From the human T2T-CHM13v2.0 reference genome, Homo sapiens: a DNA stretch of 64,000 nt. Below, one piece after another: positions 44,732 to 58,051 of the stretch. The stretch lies in assembly GCF_009914755.1 (NCBI RefSeq), contig NC_060937.1. One strand, 5' to 3'. The notes under the pieces were generated by a model that searched no databases, was not told the DNA's origin, and saw nothing but the letters and a program-made list of their open reading frames with translations. Both the position numbers and the translations under genes were made by a program. How positions within the stretch are numbered: the stretch's first letter is position 1; the number at the start of each line of letters is the position of its first letter.

Positions 44732-44782
<51 letters not shown>

Positions 44783-44797
44783 GTCTATATATATATA
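44520..44797. repeat. Long compound (TG)/(TA)/(CA) microsatellite
   Basis: About 280 bp of near-continuous purine-pyrimidine alternation. Confidence 0.97.
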
Positions 44798-45329
44798 GTC
44801 TTTACTACTTCTTTTCCCCAAACCATATATTGAGTGTATCGATTGTGGTTAGCTTTGCAATTTAATTATGTACATGAGACAATATTTAGATAACAACAGG
44901 TCAGAACTAGAGAAAAAATGGACAACATCAAGATACGTGGGCCTCAGCATTGTTTGTAATAATGTTGTGGGTTGCCTCCCTTTAGGTCACTTTGTCGCAT
45001 GTATATGAATTTTACATTGAACAGAGAATAGTTGTTTTACGTTTGTTGGGGCAATTTTTTAGTTTGAAAATTTGTGTATGGGAAGAATTACTCATGTGTA
45101 TTATTAGAATCAACAGTTGTATTTTTATAAATCAGCATGTGAAGACACTACCTATTTTAATTTCCCATTATGTGATTCTGAATTCTTCTACCTGTACTAT
45201 GAGAGAAGAAGAGTTCAAATATCATCTCTTTTTATCTCCTCTAGTGTTGAAAATGAGCACATGACCAATAATCACCCATATAAATGCTCCCATTTGCTAC
45301 TTGGACATTAAAGAAATAGCTGAAAAGTA

Positions 45330-45635
45330 AATGGCCAGTTGAGAAAATATGTCCAATGGCAGTGGTGTGGAAATTAGAGTAGAAGTGATATTGGTAGCCA
45401 GTAAAGTGTGTCCATGGGGAGAATCCCAGACAAAAGAAAAAAAAAAAAAAAGGTCTGTTTCTGTGATACGATATTTGGCAAATTTACATGGCCTAGCTTT
45501 CCTTTTTCCTGCTAATTTTCTCTACTTTGTCCCTCTGGTCTTTCTGATGATTCTTTAAGCAGCTAGATATCCTTCCAATAAATTTCTTTTCTGCTTAAGT
45601 TAGCTACTGTTAGTTTCTCTCATTCACAAACCAGA
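45330..45635 (+). mobile_element. ERVL-class LTR 3' part (LTR33/LTR41-like)
   Basis: atatccttccaataaatttcttttctgcttaagttagc is the typical polyA-signal/U5 end of this class. It lies downstream of the ERVL pol remnant. Confidence 0.55.
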
Positions 45636-45796
45636 AGCCAAACTGCTTTGGAGAATAAAGAATGTGAGTTGCTGCAAAACTAAAGTAAAAGTCAATATGT
45701 AAAAGTCAAAAACTGATATAATCTCATATTATGCAGCACACATGAATAGAACATAATTTCACAAAGTTAACTACATATCATATATCAAGAAAACAA

Positions 45797-46123
45797 AAAT
45801 GTGTGTTCCCCAAAATTTCTATGTTGAAACTCTAATACTCAATGTTATGGTATTTGGAGATACGGCTTTTGGAAGGTAACTACTCCTTAAGAGGTAAGCC
45901 CTTGTGAAGGGATTAATACCCTTATATAAAAAAACAGGACAGAGCTTGCTTCTTCTCTCTCTACTATGTGAAGAGACACAGCGGTAAGAGGACACTCAAC
46001 AGACAGTGGATCTGCCCACCCTTTGACCTTGGACTTCCCAGCTTCTAGAACTGAGAAAAATAAAAGTTTGTTGGTTAGGCTGCCCAGTCTATGCTAATTT
46101 GATACATCAGCACAAACTAAGTC
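45797..46123 (+). mobile_element. MaLR LTR (MLT1A-like)
   Basis: tatgttgaaactctaa...tatggtatttggaga, ttgaccttggacttcccagcttctagaactgagaaaaataaa. Confidence 0.85.
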
Positions 46124-48882
46124 ATGGGGGAAGAGTACAATTTTAGGAAGAAGGATTTATGTGAAGGACATGGGGGAAGATGTTGGCTTTGGAGTAGATT
46201 GAGGAACAAAAGACACAGGAACTTTTGATTACTAACTAGATGTAGAAGGTATAGCAGAAGCGGAGACATATGGTTTAAATTTATGTCAAGACTAAATCAG
46301 TGTTTAACAATGTTTTCTGAGTATAAGAATTGCGTGGAGGCCTTATTCAAATTATGGCTACAAGACCCTCCAGATTCTAATATCTCTGGGAGATATTAGA
46401 GTTGGGACAGGTCCAAAGATAGCCATAATTTTGCCAAAGTCCTTAGATAATCTCACAATCAAAAACAACTGTGACAATTCTGGACTAAAAATAATTTTGT
46501 GTGAATAAGAGTACTAATTATCAACAGATGTCTGAAACTCAGATAATTATGATTTAAAAGATACTTTTGTTTACAACAATAACACAATGATGCTTTTGAA
46601 AAAGTTTCATAAAGGAGATTTGAAAAAAATCAAGATTCAGATGTTGTCTCTGGCTCAACAAACTAGAGAGATGTAAGTTATTTCATTATGTTGCTTGTAA
46701 GTACCTTGTACTTAAAAGTGCAGAAAGGGAGAGTTGACTGTCTGCAGCTCCCAGAAACAGTCATACATTGCTTTCAAATTCCTGGCAAGAATTCAATCAG
46801 AAACATCTGCAAGAATTTAGCACTGAGCCATGTATTTACTGATCTTTCTACCTGTTACTCTAATTACTACACTATAAAATTTTTATTTTTATTCCAACTC
46901 CCTCTGATGCTGCTAGAAGATCATAGATCAAACCCAGCATGGGATAGGAGTCTAAGAAAAGTAAAGCAAAGGAAGGAAATAAAGGCAGGAAAATAGAGAA
47001 AATGAACTTGGAGGTTATGTGTCATCATGTATGGAATAAAAACAGACTCTCCACATCCTATGGTTTCTGATACTTCCAACATATTAATAAGACTTGTGGA
47101 AATTGCATTTAAGTTGATAAAATATTTGGTAGGATAGGATAAGTATTTAGTACCAAATTGCTTTAGTGAACATGTATGTAAAAAGGCGGATGTAAGCTTA
47201 TTATAACCGCACAGTTCCACATATTTCCTTCACTTCCTGCTTATGTTTCTTAAACAATATTGCAAACAGAAGATAATCCAAAAACTCCCAATATTATATG
47301 GTTTTTCCTTAATCTGAATATGTTTGGAACAGCTTGGGTCATATAACCAGTTCCACTGAGGAAGCTGGAAATTCTACACACATATGATTTTGAGGGTCTT
47401 ACCTTTGGGAGCAGGAATTGACAAAAGAAAAAAGGGAGAGAGAGAGAAATAGTTGTGAGAGATGTCGATACTCCAAATGGTAATTATAGCTCATAATTCT
47501 ACGTATTTATCTCCTAGATTCCACATTATTTTCAGAATCTCAAGTTCCCAATTAATTCTTTTTTGAGTTTCAAGTCAAGGAAAAGCCAATATAAATTTAT
47601 TTAAGTAAAATGGAATTTGGAAGTTACGCTGCTCAAAAGCCAGAGTTTAGTGAAGCTGAATCTAGGTGCTACAATGTGACCCTAGGCCCCGCTGTTGGGT
47701 TTTATTGCTGTCATTTCATTCAGACAGGGCATTACCATGCAGTGTCCACATGCAGTCACATCAGAGTAGTTCCCACTCATGGCCTCCAGACTGCAAGCTT
47801 ATGTAAAAAGTGGAGCCACCCTCTATGTATAGACCAAGGAAAGTCCAGAGACATTGTCTCAAAGGCTCTGATTGGGTTACATGACCTCTTTCATGTTCAG
47901 CTAATTTGAGTAATCAACACCGGGCCATGTCCCTGTCTCTGGAGTTACAGGTGAAATTGACTTTGCTTGAAAAACAAAAAACAAAAAACATGGAAACAAT
48001 TAGGGAGCAATGGTAACTTAAAGTAAATTTGGGGTTCCATTACTAGAAAAAATAAAGAAGTTCATTGGATGTGTAGGAAAACCCACAAAACCTATTATTG
48101 TGTGTACAAGTTTATTCCAGAATTTAGTTAGATAGTTGTGTAGTCTTTTCAGTATGACAATTGATTATTATGTCAACTAAAACATGATGAAGTGTCCTAA
48201 AAATGCACAAGGAAGTTGATTACAATTTTGCGAGAGTACCCATGCCATACTGTCTTCATTACTCGTAGTAATAGCTGAGTCTACTTACTTCTTTCACTCC
48301 ATCCTCAGAAAAATATATATTCCATGGTTGAACAGTTCATTTTATTTAAAAGGGCTTTCAGAATAAATGTTTCCAAACTCTTGCAATTAATGACTAAAAT
48401 GCTTATCTTAAAAATGATTCACTCATGTTTCCACCCATTCCGAGTGGTAATGCTGTTAATCACAGTTTTTTTTTTTGTTTTGTTTTTGTTTTTGTTTTTT
48501 TTTTTACCAAATATTTGAGCATATTATCTTTATCACATCCAAACTGAAAAAAGTATAATGTCTTCATATAATTACGCTATTTTTTTTCCTTTTAGTAGTT
48601 CTGTAGCCTCATAATGGTCTGGTGTTGCCTATTCTTTCACTTTGCCAATTTGGTTCCGAAAGATGTATCTTTATTTATTAAGAATATTAATATTTTCAAA
48701 TGTATATATAATGAGGTTTATTTATTATTCAAGTACGACCTTAGTTTTGATAAGATGTGCATTTGAAATCTAATTTCTTATTAAAGGGAACTGAGTCTTG
48801 TTTAATCTTAAGCTAATTATATTAGTACTCTTGATTTCAATTGATAGAAATCCTTAAGGTAGCTTAAGAAATCATGGACATT

Positions 48883-49172
48883 GGTCAGGCACAGTGGCGC
48901 ACACCTGTAATCTCAGCACTTTGGGAAGCCGAGGCAGGCGGATCATGAGGTCAGGAGTTTGAGACCAGCCTGACCAACATGATGAAACCCAGTCTCTACT
49001 AAAAATACAAAAATTAGCCAGGCATGGTGGCACACACCTTTAATCCAGCTACTCAGGAGGCTGAGGCAGGAGAATCACTTGAACCTGGGAGACAGAGGTT
49101 GCAGTGAGCCAAGATCGCGCCATTGCACTACAGCCTGGGTGACAGAGGCGAGACTGTCAAAAAAAAAAAAAA
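48883..49172 (+). mobile_element. Alu, AluSg-like, full-length
   Basis: ggatcatgaggtcaggagtttgagaccagcctg, A tail, TSD aaatcatggacat / aaattatggacat. Confidence 0.95.
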
Positions 49173-50560
49173 TTATGGACATATACAAATCCCACACTCC
49201 AAAGAACATTTTAACAACCAAGCTCTTGAGAAAGGGGGCCAATGCATCTGAGAAACCATGACCTGTGTGCTCCCAAGGACTCTTTCCCAAATATATATAT
49301 ATATATTTTTTTTTTCTGTTAAATCAATTTCTGCTTTTCCTTTGTTTGAGGTATGATTTATGCCCAGGCTAAGAAAGATACCAAAAACTCCAAGTTTTAT
49401 TTTTAGTTTCTTTTCCCAGTGAAAAGTATTACTTTTGATATTAATCTGCTTACCAGTTCTGAGTCCAATTGAGTCAGGTACACTTGGTCCAAGCGATTTT
49501 ACCAACAAGGCAATTCTCTCATACACTTAGGAAAGGAATGAGAACAGTTCAAAGCACTCAGCACTGAATGTTCTGATTTTTACATTAGCAATTTAAGATG
49601 GCATAGAATTCATCCTACCACTTCTTATTATTATCTTTACTTATAAATAATATATAAGAGAAAGGTAAAGGAACTTCTTCAGGCTACTATGGATCTACTT
49701 CACTATTTCCTTAAACCTGCTTCTATAGATTAACTGAAATGCATATCCAACGATTCCAATCATTCCAATTAAACTTTAAGAAAACTCAACAAGATTAAAC
49801 ACTATACCCAATAGAATTTTATTTAACCTGAATTTTCTATATTATTGCCTCAGTTTTTTCTATCATATTTGTCTAACTTGATTGTGTAAATTAAACAACC
49901 GATTTGTTTTCTTGTTTGTTTTGGCGAAGACATTTTCTAGGCAAAAATCTCATATTGGTAGAGAAAAATATTTAAAGTATTCAACACCTAATTGGCCATA
50001 CTGGTAGTTTTCCATTGCAAAGTTATAAAGTAAATGGTTTCTATTTAGCACTGAAAATCACATCTCCTATGGTTCACATTTATGTTTCATCTAAGAACAG
50101 GTGGAAGAAATCTGCATGCCAAGAAACCACCCGTGGTATTCACAGTCTGAGAGCTTGAACTCAAAGGAGATCATTTGGCTTGTAAACAGCTTTACTTTTC
50201 ATATAATTGACATGAAACTGGATCTACATCACACAAGCATGTCATAGCTTATTACACTCACACAACACAATATTGTAAAAAATGCTAGCAAATCATGCTT
50301 TTAATTTGTAATTCAGAATATCTAAATATAAATAATACATCATTAATAGTCAAGTATAAAATATGCAATTTTAGGAATCAATTAATACATTAGTTCTCAC
50401 TAAAATTATAGCTCAAAATTAATGGTATGAATTGTTTCTTTTTAAGCTTTTGTGATGACATTAGGTACTACATGTATGTACTTCTATTATAGTTAAGTCT
50501 TAGGAAGAATTATCACATTCCAAAGTTAGCTCTAAGCACATTAGAAGTATACCATGTGAC

Positions 50561-50854
50561 GGCCGGGTGGGGTGGCTCATGCCTGTAATTCCAGCACTGG
50601 GAGGCCGAGGCGGGCGGATCACGAGGTTAGGAGATCGAGACCATCTTGACTAATACGGTGAAACCCCGTCTGTACTAAAAATACAAAAAATTAGCTGTGT
50701 GTGGTGGAGGGCGCCTGTAGTCCCAGCTCCTTGGAGGCTAAGGCAGGAAAATGGTGTGAACCCAGGAGGCGGAGCTTGCAGTGAGGCGAGATCGCCCCAC
50801 TGCACTCCAGCCTGGGCGGCAGAGCAAGACTCCGTCCCAAAAAAAAAAAAAAAA
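50561..50854 (+). mobile_element. AluY, full-length, moderately diverged
   Basis: gagatcgagaccatc, aatggtgtgaacc, gagcttgcagtgag. TSD gtataccatgtgac / gtataccgtgac. Confidence 0.95.
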
Positions 50855-51591
50855 TGTATACCGTGACAATGCAGATAGTTTTTTTCCAAGCAATTGAATA
50901 AGAAACATCTTTATGTTCATTTCTGGAACCTGTTCAATGATCCATAGAAGGTAGGGACACTATTTCCATGCACAAAGATGTCATAATTTAAACTATAATT
51001 GATAGAGACACATAAAATAATCATCACATGCTTTTTAAAACTTTAATTTCAAGTTTCCACAATGAACCTATTAAGCAACTTAGAACTCAAGATTAGCAAA
51101 AAATATGGAACTTCCTTTTATTTATGGGTATAACGCCTATGTTGTTACTGTTTTATATGCTCTTGGCAATTTCTCTTTCAAACATGCTCTTCATCAATAG
51201 AATTCCCTAAGGGCAATATTTTCTGGATTGGGATATAAGGTTAAGGTAATGATAATTATATATTCTGTTTTTTATATTATTTTAATGTTCTCTACCCTCC
51301 CCCAACAAAGAAAAACATATGTTGCCATTGTAAGCAAGAGGGTAAAGTAATTTAAAACAAGCTAAAAATATGTTGGTGATAATCTACACAAATATTAATA
51401 GTTCTCAATCCCAGCCGTAAGCTAATTTCTCACAGCAGGCCAAGGCACTCATATTTATTAAGCTTTTCTGCTGTTTGTAACCAAGACAATTTGAGAAACA
51501 TTGTAGTGCTACATATTTATATTTGATTCCTAATATAACTTTTTACCAACACATTGTTTCATTCTCTCCCAGGCACAGCATTTGTGGGGGT

Positions 51592-51921
51592 TGTTAGTAA
51601 GATTCCGTGACTGAACTTTCCACGGGCTCCTCTGAGCCATTTCTTGGACTAGGTCTTGTCCTTGGCCCTTGACTTTAAGCCTGCACAGCCCAGTTGTAGC
51701 AAGAATCCTGCTTCAGTCAGTTTAGCAAGAATCCCCTTAATATTTCCTCTTAGTAATTTTCTACCCATTGCCTCCCTCCCCTTGGCTATAAATTCCTATT
51801 TGCCCTTGCTATACTTGAGATTGAACTCAGTTAAATACTGAAGTCTATTTTCTCCTATTGCAATAGTTTCTAAAAAATCTATCAGTATCACTTTAGTGTC
51901 CAGCTCTGGTTCTCATTGACA
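51592..51921 (+). mobile_element. ERV1 LTR (MER31-like)
   Basis: tagcaagaatcctgcttcagtcagtttagcaagaatcccc, TATA-like ttggctataaattcc, ctattgcaatagt, ends tgaca. Confidence 0.7.
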
Positions 51922-52533
51922 TACCCCAAGGTTACTCACAATGTCTTCCTAATATGAGTAGTTCCATACATCTAGCTACAAATAAACATATAGTGGATTT
52001 CTCAGGATCAGAAAATCAAAACTTTGCATCTCAAATAATATTTAGTTAGATAACCTCATTTGATACCAAAGGAAAACAAAGCCCTGAAAGTGTATTGATT
52101 TTCCCAATGTCAGATAACACATTTGAAACTAGACTCTAAACACAAATCATGCAATTGCCAGTGCTGTGATATTTCCACAGTGTGGGTAACACACAATAAG
52201 AATTGATCTTGAAATTTTGGCAAATACATACAAACATTAATAGCAATTAACTCAGGATTAATATTTGAGGTCCTTTAAAGGAGAGGTTATAAAATACCAA
52301 GTGATATGCACCCAAAAAGCTGATCACAAACTCACTGGCAAAAGAAGTTACTATATAAAAGAAGGCCATCTTGAGAAAATGAAACAAAAATAAGGAAAGG
52401 AATAGCCTGGGTTTTGGGGTGGGAAGCAACTAGAATCAAGTTGTTAGAAACATGCATTTTTTCTTGTATAATTCCTTCACCTAGATTAGGAAGAAACAGG
52501 CTTCTAGATGTAGTGAAGGAACAATCAAAATCA

Positions 52534-52848
<315 letters not shown>

Positions 52849-53126
52849 ATAATATTGTGTCTGATTCATGATCCCAGTTTAGATACTCAGAGTAGATTTC
52901 TCCAAGAGATGATACATACAATCATTGAGTAAATGGAACAAGATGAATATGATACGAAATGATAACAGGACAGAAAGTGAGCCTTCCAAGCTTATGGCTT
53001 CAGTTTCCAGTGCCCCATAGAAGTATATGACATGTGACTGCTAATTTTGCCTGGTAAAACTGATGAAGTAGTCATTATTGGTGGGGCAAGGTTACCAGTA
53101 GCTCAAAGACCATCTATTTTAAAAAA

Positions 53127-53598
53127 TGGTAAATAGAAAATGTCCTCCCCAACTTTCTCCAAGGATACCTATTGCCTGGAATCTGTGAGTACGTACCACA
53201 CGGCACGGCAAAGGGAATTCGGGGCTGTGATTAAGTTAAGGTTCCTGAGGCATGGAAATTATCCTGCATTATCTAGTTGGAGGCCAATGTAATCACATGA
53301 GTCTTGATTAGAAAAGGGTAAGTGAGAGTCAGAAAAAAAAGTAAGACAACAGAAACAGGGCGGAGAGAGAGAGAGATAATACACTCCTGCTGGCCACAAA
53401 TCAAAGAATGCAAGGAACTTTTAACTGGAAAAGGGAAGGGAACCAGTTCTCCTGTAGAGCCCCCAGAAGAGACTTAGCCCACCCAACACTTTTAAGTTTG
53501 AACTTTGCTTTAGAACCCGAGATTTGTAAAATCATAATTTTTTATTGTAGTAAGCCAGTAAGTTTGAGGTACTTCATTACAGCAGCAATATAGAGACA
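53127..53598 (+). mobile_element. MaLR LTR (MLT1D-like)
   Basis: gtgattaagttaagg, attatcctgcattatct, aatgtaatcaca, taagccagtaagtttgaggtacttcattacagcagcaata. Confidence 0.85.
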
Positions 53599-54536
53599 TC
53601 TTAGGAAGCACCGTCATCCCACAGGAGAGCACACACAGCATGGTGTAAAAATAAGATAGTTGGTGGGATCTAGGTAGGCTCTGGCCATACTAGAATAAGA
53701 AACCAGGAGGTCATCAGCCACAAATATTGTAGCCAAATCCCATCTGTGGGGAACAGACTAATAATATCTATCCCCACCCCTACCACAGTGGAAAACAATG
53801 CGGGGCCAGAGCACACATGCTGCTCTACAGACTCTTCTCATGGCTGGTATGAGATCATTCAAGCTTATTTCCTACACAACCCTGTGCTCACACACCATCT
53901 GGGCTAAGAGAAAGAGAAAGAAAAAGAGAATGAGAAAGAGAAAGAAATAGAATCAGCCAATAATAGAATTAACCATTAAAGTAACTGAACATTTAAAGGT
54001 AGCTGTCCTAAAACTGAGCATTTGTTTTGCATCCTACACCGTTGATTCCCCTCCTTATCTATTCCTAAGAGTTTCTGAGGATTAAATCAATTATTTTAAA
54101 AAATGAAGTTGCTAGATTTTCTTTGCTCATCAGAAAAATTTTTAAAAAATCAATAGAAGGGCTAAATTACATCAAAGAAATTGCTCATAAAATGACAAAA
54201 AGATGAAGGTATCGATTCAAAATATCAAGTCCTTACTATGTGCCAAAATGAATATAAGATGCAGACTCCACCATTGGTTCAATATGTTGACAAGAACAGA
54301 TTTTTCAAAGTAAAAATGAAAAACCAAAAAATGGAAACATTTTTCAAAAGAAATTTTTTAAAAGATCATAAAAAAGCAGTCTTTATATTAGAATTGCCAA
54401 ACGGAGTAAATATAATAACCTATACTGATACCTATAAAAATCATTATGAGTAACCAGAACAACAAATAAATCTGTAGAAGTTTTGGGTTTTATAGAGAAA
54501 ATAGGTAATCTACAAAGTTGCAATAATTTAATGATA

Positions 54537-55894
54537 CAGCAGGTTGTCAAATAAAGTAGTTTTGTTATAACTTTGATGAGAAAAGAAAATTATTTCTGGC
54601 TGGGGCCACTGCCTCTGTGGAGTTGGCACATTATCTTATGTCTGTGTGGGTTTTCTCTGGGTGTTTGGTTTCCTCCCACATCTCAAAGTTGTGCCTATTA
54701 GGCGAGTTGGTGTATTTACATTATTTCTGTCCAGGCTGGTTCCCACCCAGTGCTCTGAGCTACCTGGATTGCCTCCAACCACCTGCAACCCTAAAATGAA
54801 ATAAGCAAATTAGAAATGTGTGAATGAATAAATTCCAATTATTATAAAACAAAAATTTGTAGGCAATAATCATACAAATTCCTGACAATAAATGATGTGG
54901 TCTGCATCATGGGTTAAAGAGAATATTGCCAGGAGGCCTTCACTTTTTTAGAAGGGCATCATTTGTTAGGTCCTTTTTCCATGGTTTGGAGTAAAATAAG
55001 CAATGATTAGAAAGGTATTCCTCATGATAAGCTTTATAGCAGATTCTAATGTAAAGGCTTTAGTTACACAGCAGACTTTAAATTTTCTTGTGAAAGTTAT
55101 ACTAAGTAATAGAATTGGCTAAACAGAGAAATATCTGTGCAGCTGCTCGCCCTTGTGGCCTGTGGAGAAATACATCAAATGAAGATTATATAGATTCAGT
55201 TGTAGGGAAGCAACAAAGAAACTGCTTTAAGTGGGTAAACTCTTTATCTAGCTTATTCTTTGATCTACTTGATTTTAGGTCACTTGGTTTATGGGAAATC
55301 TGGGTAGGGAGCATACTCCAAACTCTTGGTATTATCCTTCCAATAGTCATAGAATTAGTCTCCCTGGTGTGCTGTATTCTCTCAAAGTTTTAAATCTTTG
55401 CATGCATCCATCTCTAGAATGTTATTTGTTTATTAACAAGCATATATTTGTCTAAATAAATACATAAATATATGTGGTCTGAAAGGGCTTGGATAGTTGG
55501 GATTGTTTGTTTTTGAACTGTACAGTGGTAGAAGCTGCTCTGAGCAATGATCACTTTCCAAACATATTCCTTGTTTTACCCCCACACTTCTATGACTGCC
55601 ATCACTCACTGATTCACCAAAAAATTTGGTACATAATTATCTTACTAGTTTCTATTAATTTCTCTTAAATGAATGTAGAGCTCACATTTATTTGAATGTT
55701 TAATATTAAAAGTACTTCTGACTTTTTATTGAGAAAGTGTTTTGGTGATGTTTTTGTGACCAGAAATATGCCGTATGAGGTTAACTCTTGTTTATGTCAA
55801 TTAGCCTGTGGTAAAACTGGTGTCCTTATATAACATTACATTTAAAGTCAAAGTTTCCAAGAACCTATCAATCATATTAAGTGAAGACTTACTG
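54537..55894 (+). mobile_element. MER6 (TcMar-Tigger) non-autonomous DNA transposon, both ends present, interrupted by a ~560-bp insert
   Basis: Termini cagcagg... and ...gaagacttactg with TA TSDs (54535-54536, 55895-55896). MER6 internal motifs ggggccactg...ggtttcctcccacatc and ctcactgattcaccaaaaa. Confidence 0.88.
54905..55421 (+). pseudogene. ERV1-class env transmembrane-subunit fragment without LTRs
   Basis: VKVILSNRI (55090-55116), then AKQRNICAAARPC (immunosuppressive domain / Cys-loop remnant) and hydrophobic anchor WVGSILQTLGIILPIVIELVSLVCCILSK in ORF 55115-55393. Confidence 0.75.
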
Positions 55895-55899
55895 TATTA

Positions 55900-56100
55900 G
55901 ATTTCTCATTAATATTACTAAATCCTAGAGGACAGTGGTGATTGGTTTTCAAATACTGAAAGAGATATGCTTTTTCACTTCAAATTCTTTCTCCTACCAA
56001 ATTATGTACCAAGTAGTGAGAACAGACTGATTAAACATACATTTTCAGAGCTGAAGGGATTTAGAAATTTTGCTTTGAATACCTATTATTAAAAATATAT
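55900..56100 (+). mobile_element. Old L1M/HAL1 ORF1 remnant (probable host of the MER6; probably also ~54150-54530)
   Basis: ctagaggacagtgg...ttcaaatactgaaagaga...cctaccaaattat resembles ORF1 C-terminal ARRQW..FK.LKE..PAKL. Confidence 0.45.
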
Positions 56101-56322
56101 TAAAATATATTAAAGTGAGTATACATAGATAACTGAGGGATCAAATGAAGCAAGGTAAGGTAAAGGGTAAAGGAAACAAGTCTCCAACGAAGGAAGCAAT
56201 GAGGGTTTGCAGGAACCTGATAAGAATTCTGCACAGATTAAAGCAAAAAAATTAAATATTCCAGGTGAGAAGTGGGTTTTGTTTGTTTGTTTTGCTTTGC
56301 TTTTAAAGGGGAAATAGAGTAG

Positions 56323-56695
56323 CATATTAGTCTGCTTTCATGCTTGTTGATAAAGACACACCCAAGTCTGGACAATTTACAAAAGAAAGAAGTTTAATTG
56401 GACTTCAGTTTTACATGGCTGGGGAAGCCTCACAATCATGGCAGAAAGCAAGGAGGAGCAAGTCACATCTTACATGGAAGGCGGCAGGCAAAAAGAGCTT
56501 GTGCAGGCAAAAAGAACTCCTCTTTTTAAAACCATCAGATCTTGTGAGACTCTTTCACTATCATAAGAACAGCACAGGAAAGACTGGCCCCCATAATTCA
56601 ATCACTTCCCACTGTGTTCCTCCCATGACATGTGGGAATTGTGGAGTCTCAATTCAAGATGAGATTTGGGTGGGGGACACAGCCAAACCATATCA
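56323..56695 (-). mobile_element. THE1 (THE1C-like) solo LTR
   Basis: gataaagacacaccc, gcctcacaatcatggcagaa, caattcaagatgagatttgggtgggg, acacagccaaaccatatca. TSD agtag / ggtag. Confidence 0.93.
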
Positions 56696-57759
56696 GGTAG
56701 TAAGGATGCCATAGACTGGGGTAGTATGGGAGTCAATTTGGAAAAAATATATGAGATATAATAAAGAGAGAGTATGAGAAAATAAGACATGTATGCATAT
56801 ATGTACACATACATCTACACATGTATATACACAGCAATTGGAAATTCCAGGGGGCAGATACATGGATATAACATGAAGCAAATCTTCCATACTGAAAAAT
56901 AAAATGAATGATGTCAATAGAAAAGAATGGTTTCAAGCAATATCTAGAATAGAGAAAAGGTAAATAATATTTGAATAATAGGAAAAGAACCTATTTATTC
57001 TCTCAATATAAAACAACATCAGTAAGAAAATTCAGATAAAATCACAAACTGTATAGCAAAGACCTACTTTCAATATAAAACAAGTCAACATGTATCATGA
57101 CTTAGACAAATAAATGTAAGGAAAATTTCTTTTGAATTTATGCCAGGAATACCATCATTCAATAGGCATGATACTTAGGGCTGTTGAGAAGAAAATATAA
57201 TAAAAAGAGCTTACTTAACTCTGCAGGAAATGACATATATTTAAGAATAATAATTTATACTTTAATTTTCTTTTAAAAGTAACACATAGACAAAAAAGCT
57301 TATAGTGTTGACATTACAGAATAAATATTATTTTCAAGACTATTTTCTTAGGCTGGGCCTTCTGAAAAGAGAGAGTAGCTAAGATGGAATTTGGGTGCAA
57401 GATGCTGATTGGGATCAAAACCTGTGAAATGAAGGGGAAGGAAAGATCTACACTTGGAACTTTGGTGTTCCTCATGAATAGCAAAGTTACAACATTAAAT
57501 TTGAGAATTTAATAAAATGCAGTACTATATACAGAAGCAGGTCTTTAAAGGTTATGAATGATAGCTCCTACATTTTAAGTCTAGTTCATAGCTTTCTGTA
57601 CTGAATTGAGGCCATGGTTAATAAATAATATTGAGTTTCATTATAATAGAGCTATTCTGGAAGAGAATGGATACTTATTCCTAAAGTGATTTTTATATCA
57701 ATGTTATTTTCTTATATGAAAAATTGAGGTTATGTTTTAATATTAAATATTATCAGAAA

Positions 57760-57991
57760 TCATCAGTAAAAAGTGTTGATATCTACATTTCTCTCTCGGT
57801 CCTTCCTTCTCTATATCTGTGTTCTCCTTGTAAAACAAACAAATAAACAAAAACAAAATAAAGCCCCCCAAATTCCGTAAAGTGTTATCTTTGAAACTTT
57901 CTCTCTGTTCATTCTACCATATCTGAATACCAGCCTTATTCCATTAAAGCTACTCTTGTCAACTTTGTTTGCCTGATCTAATAGCCACTTT

Positions 57992-58051
<60 letters not shown>

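Noticed and set aside
44455-44821. Stack of Y/I/T/H/V/C-rich ORFs
   Set aside because: Translation artefact of the dinucleotide repeat.
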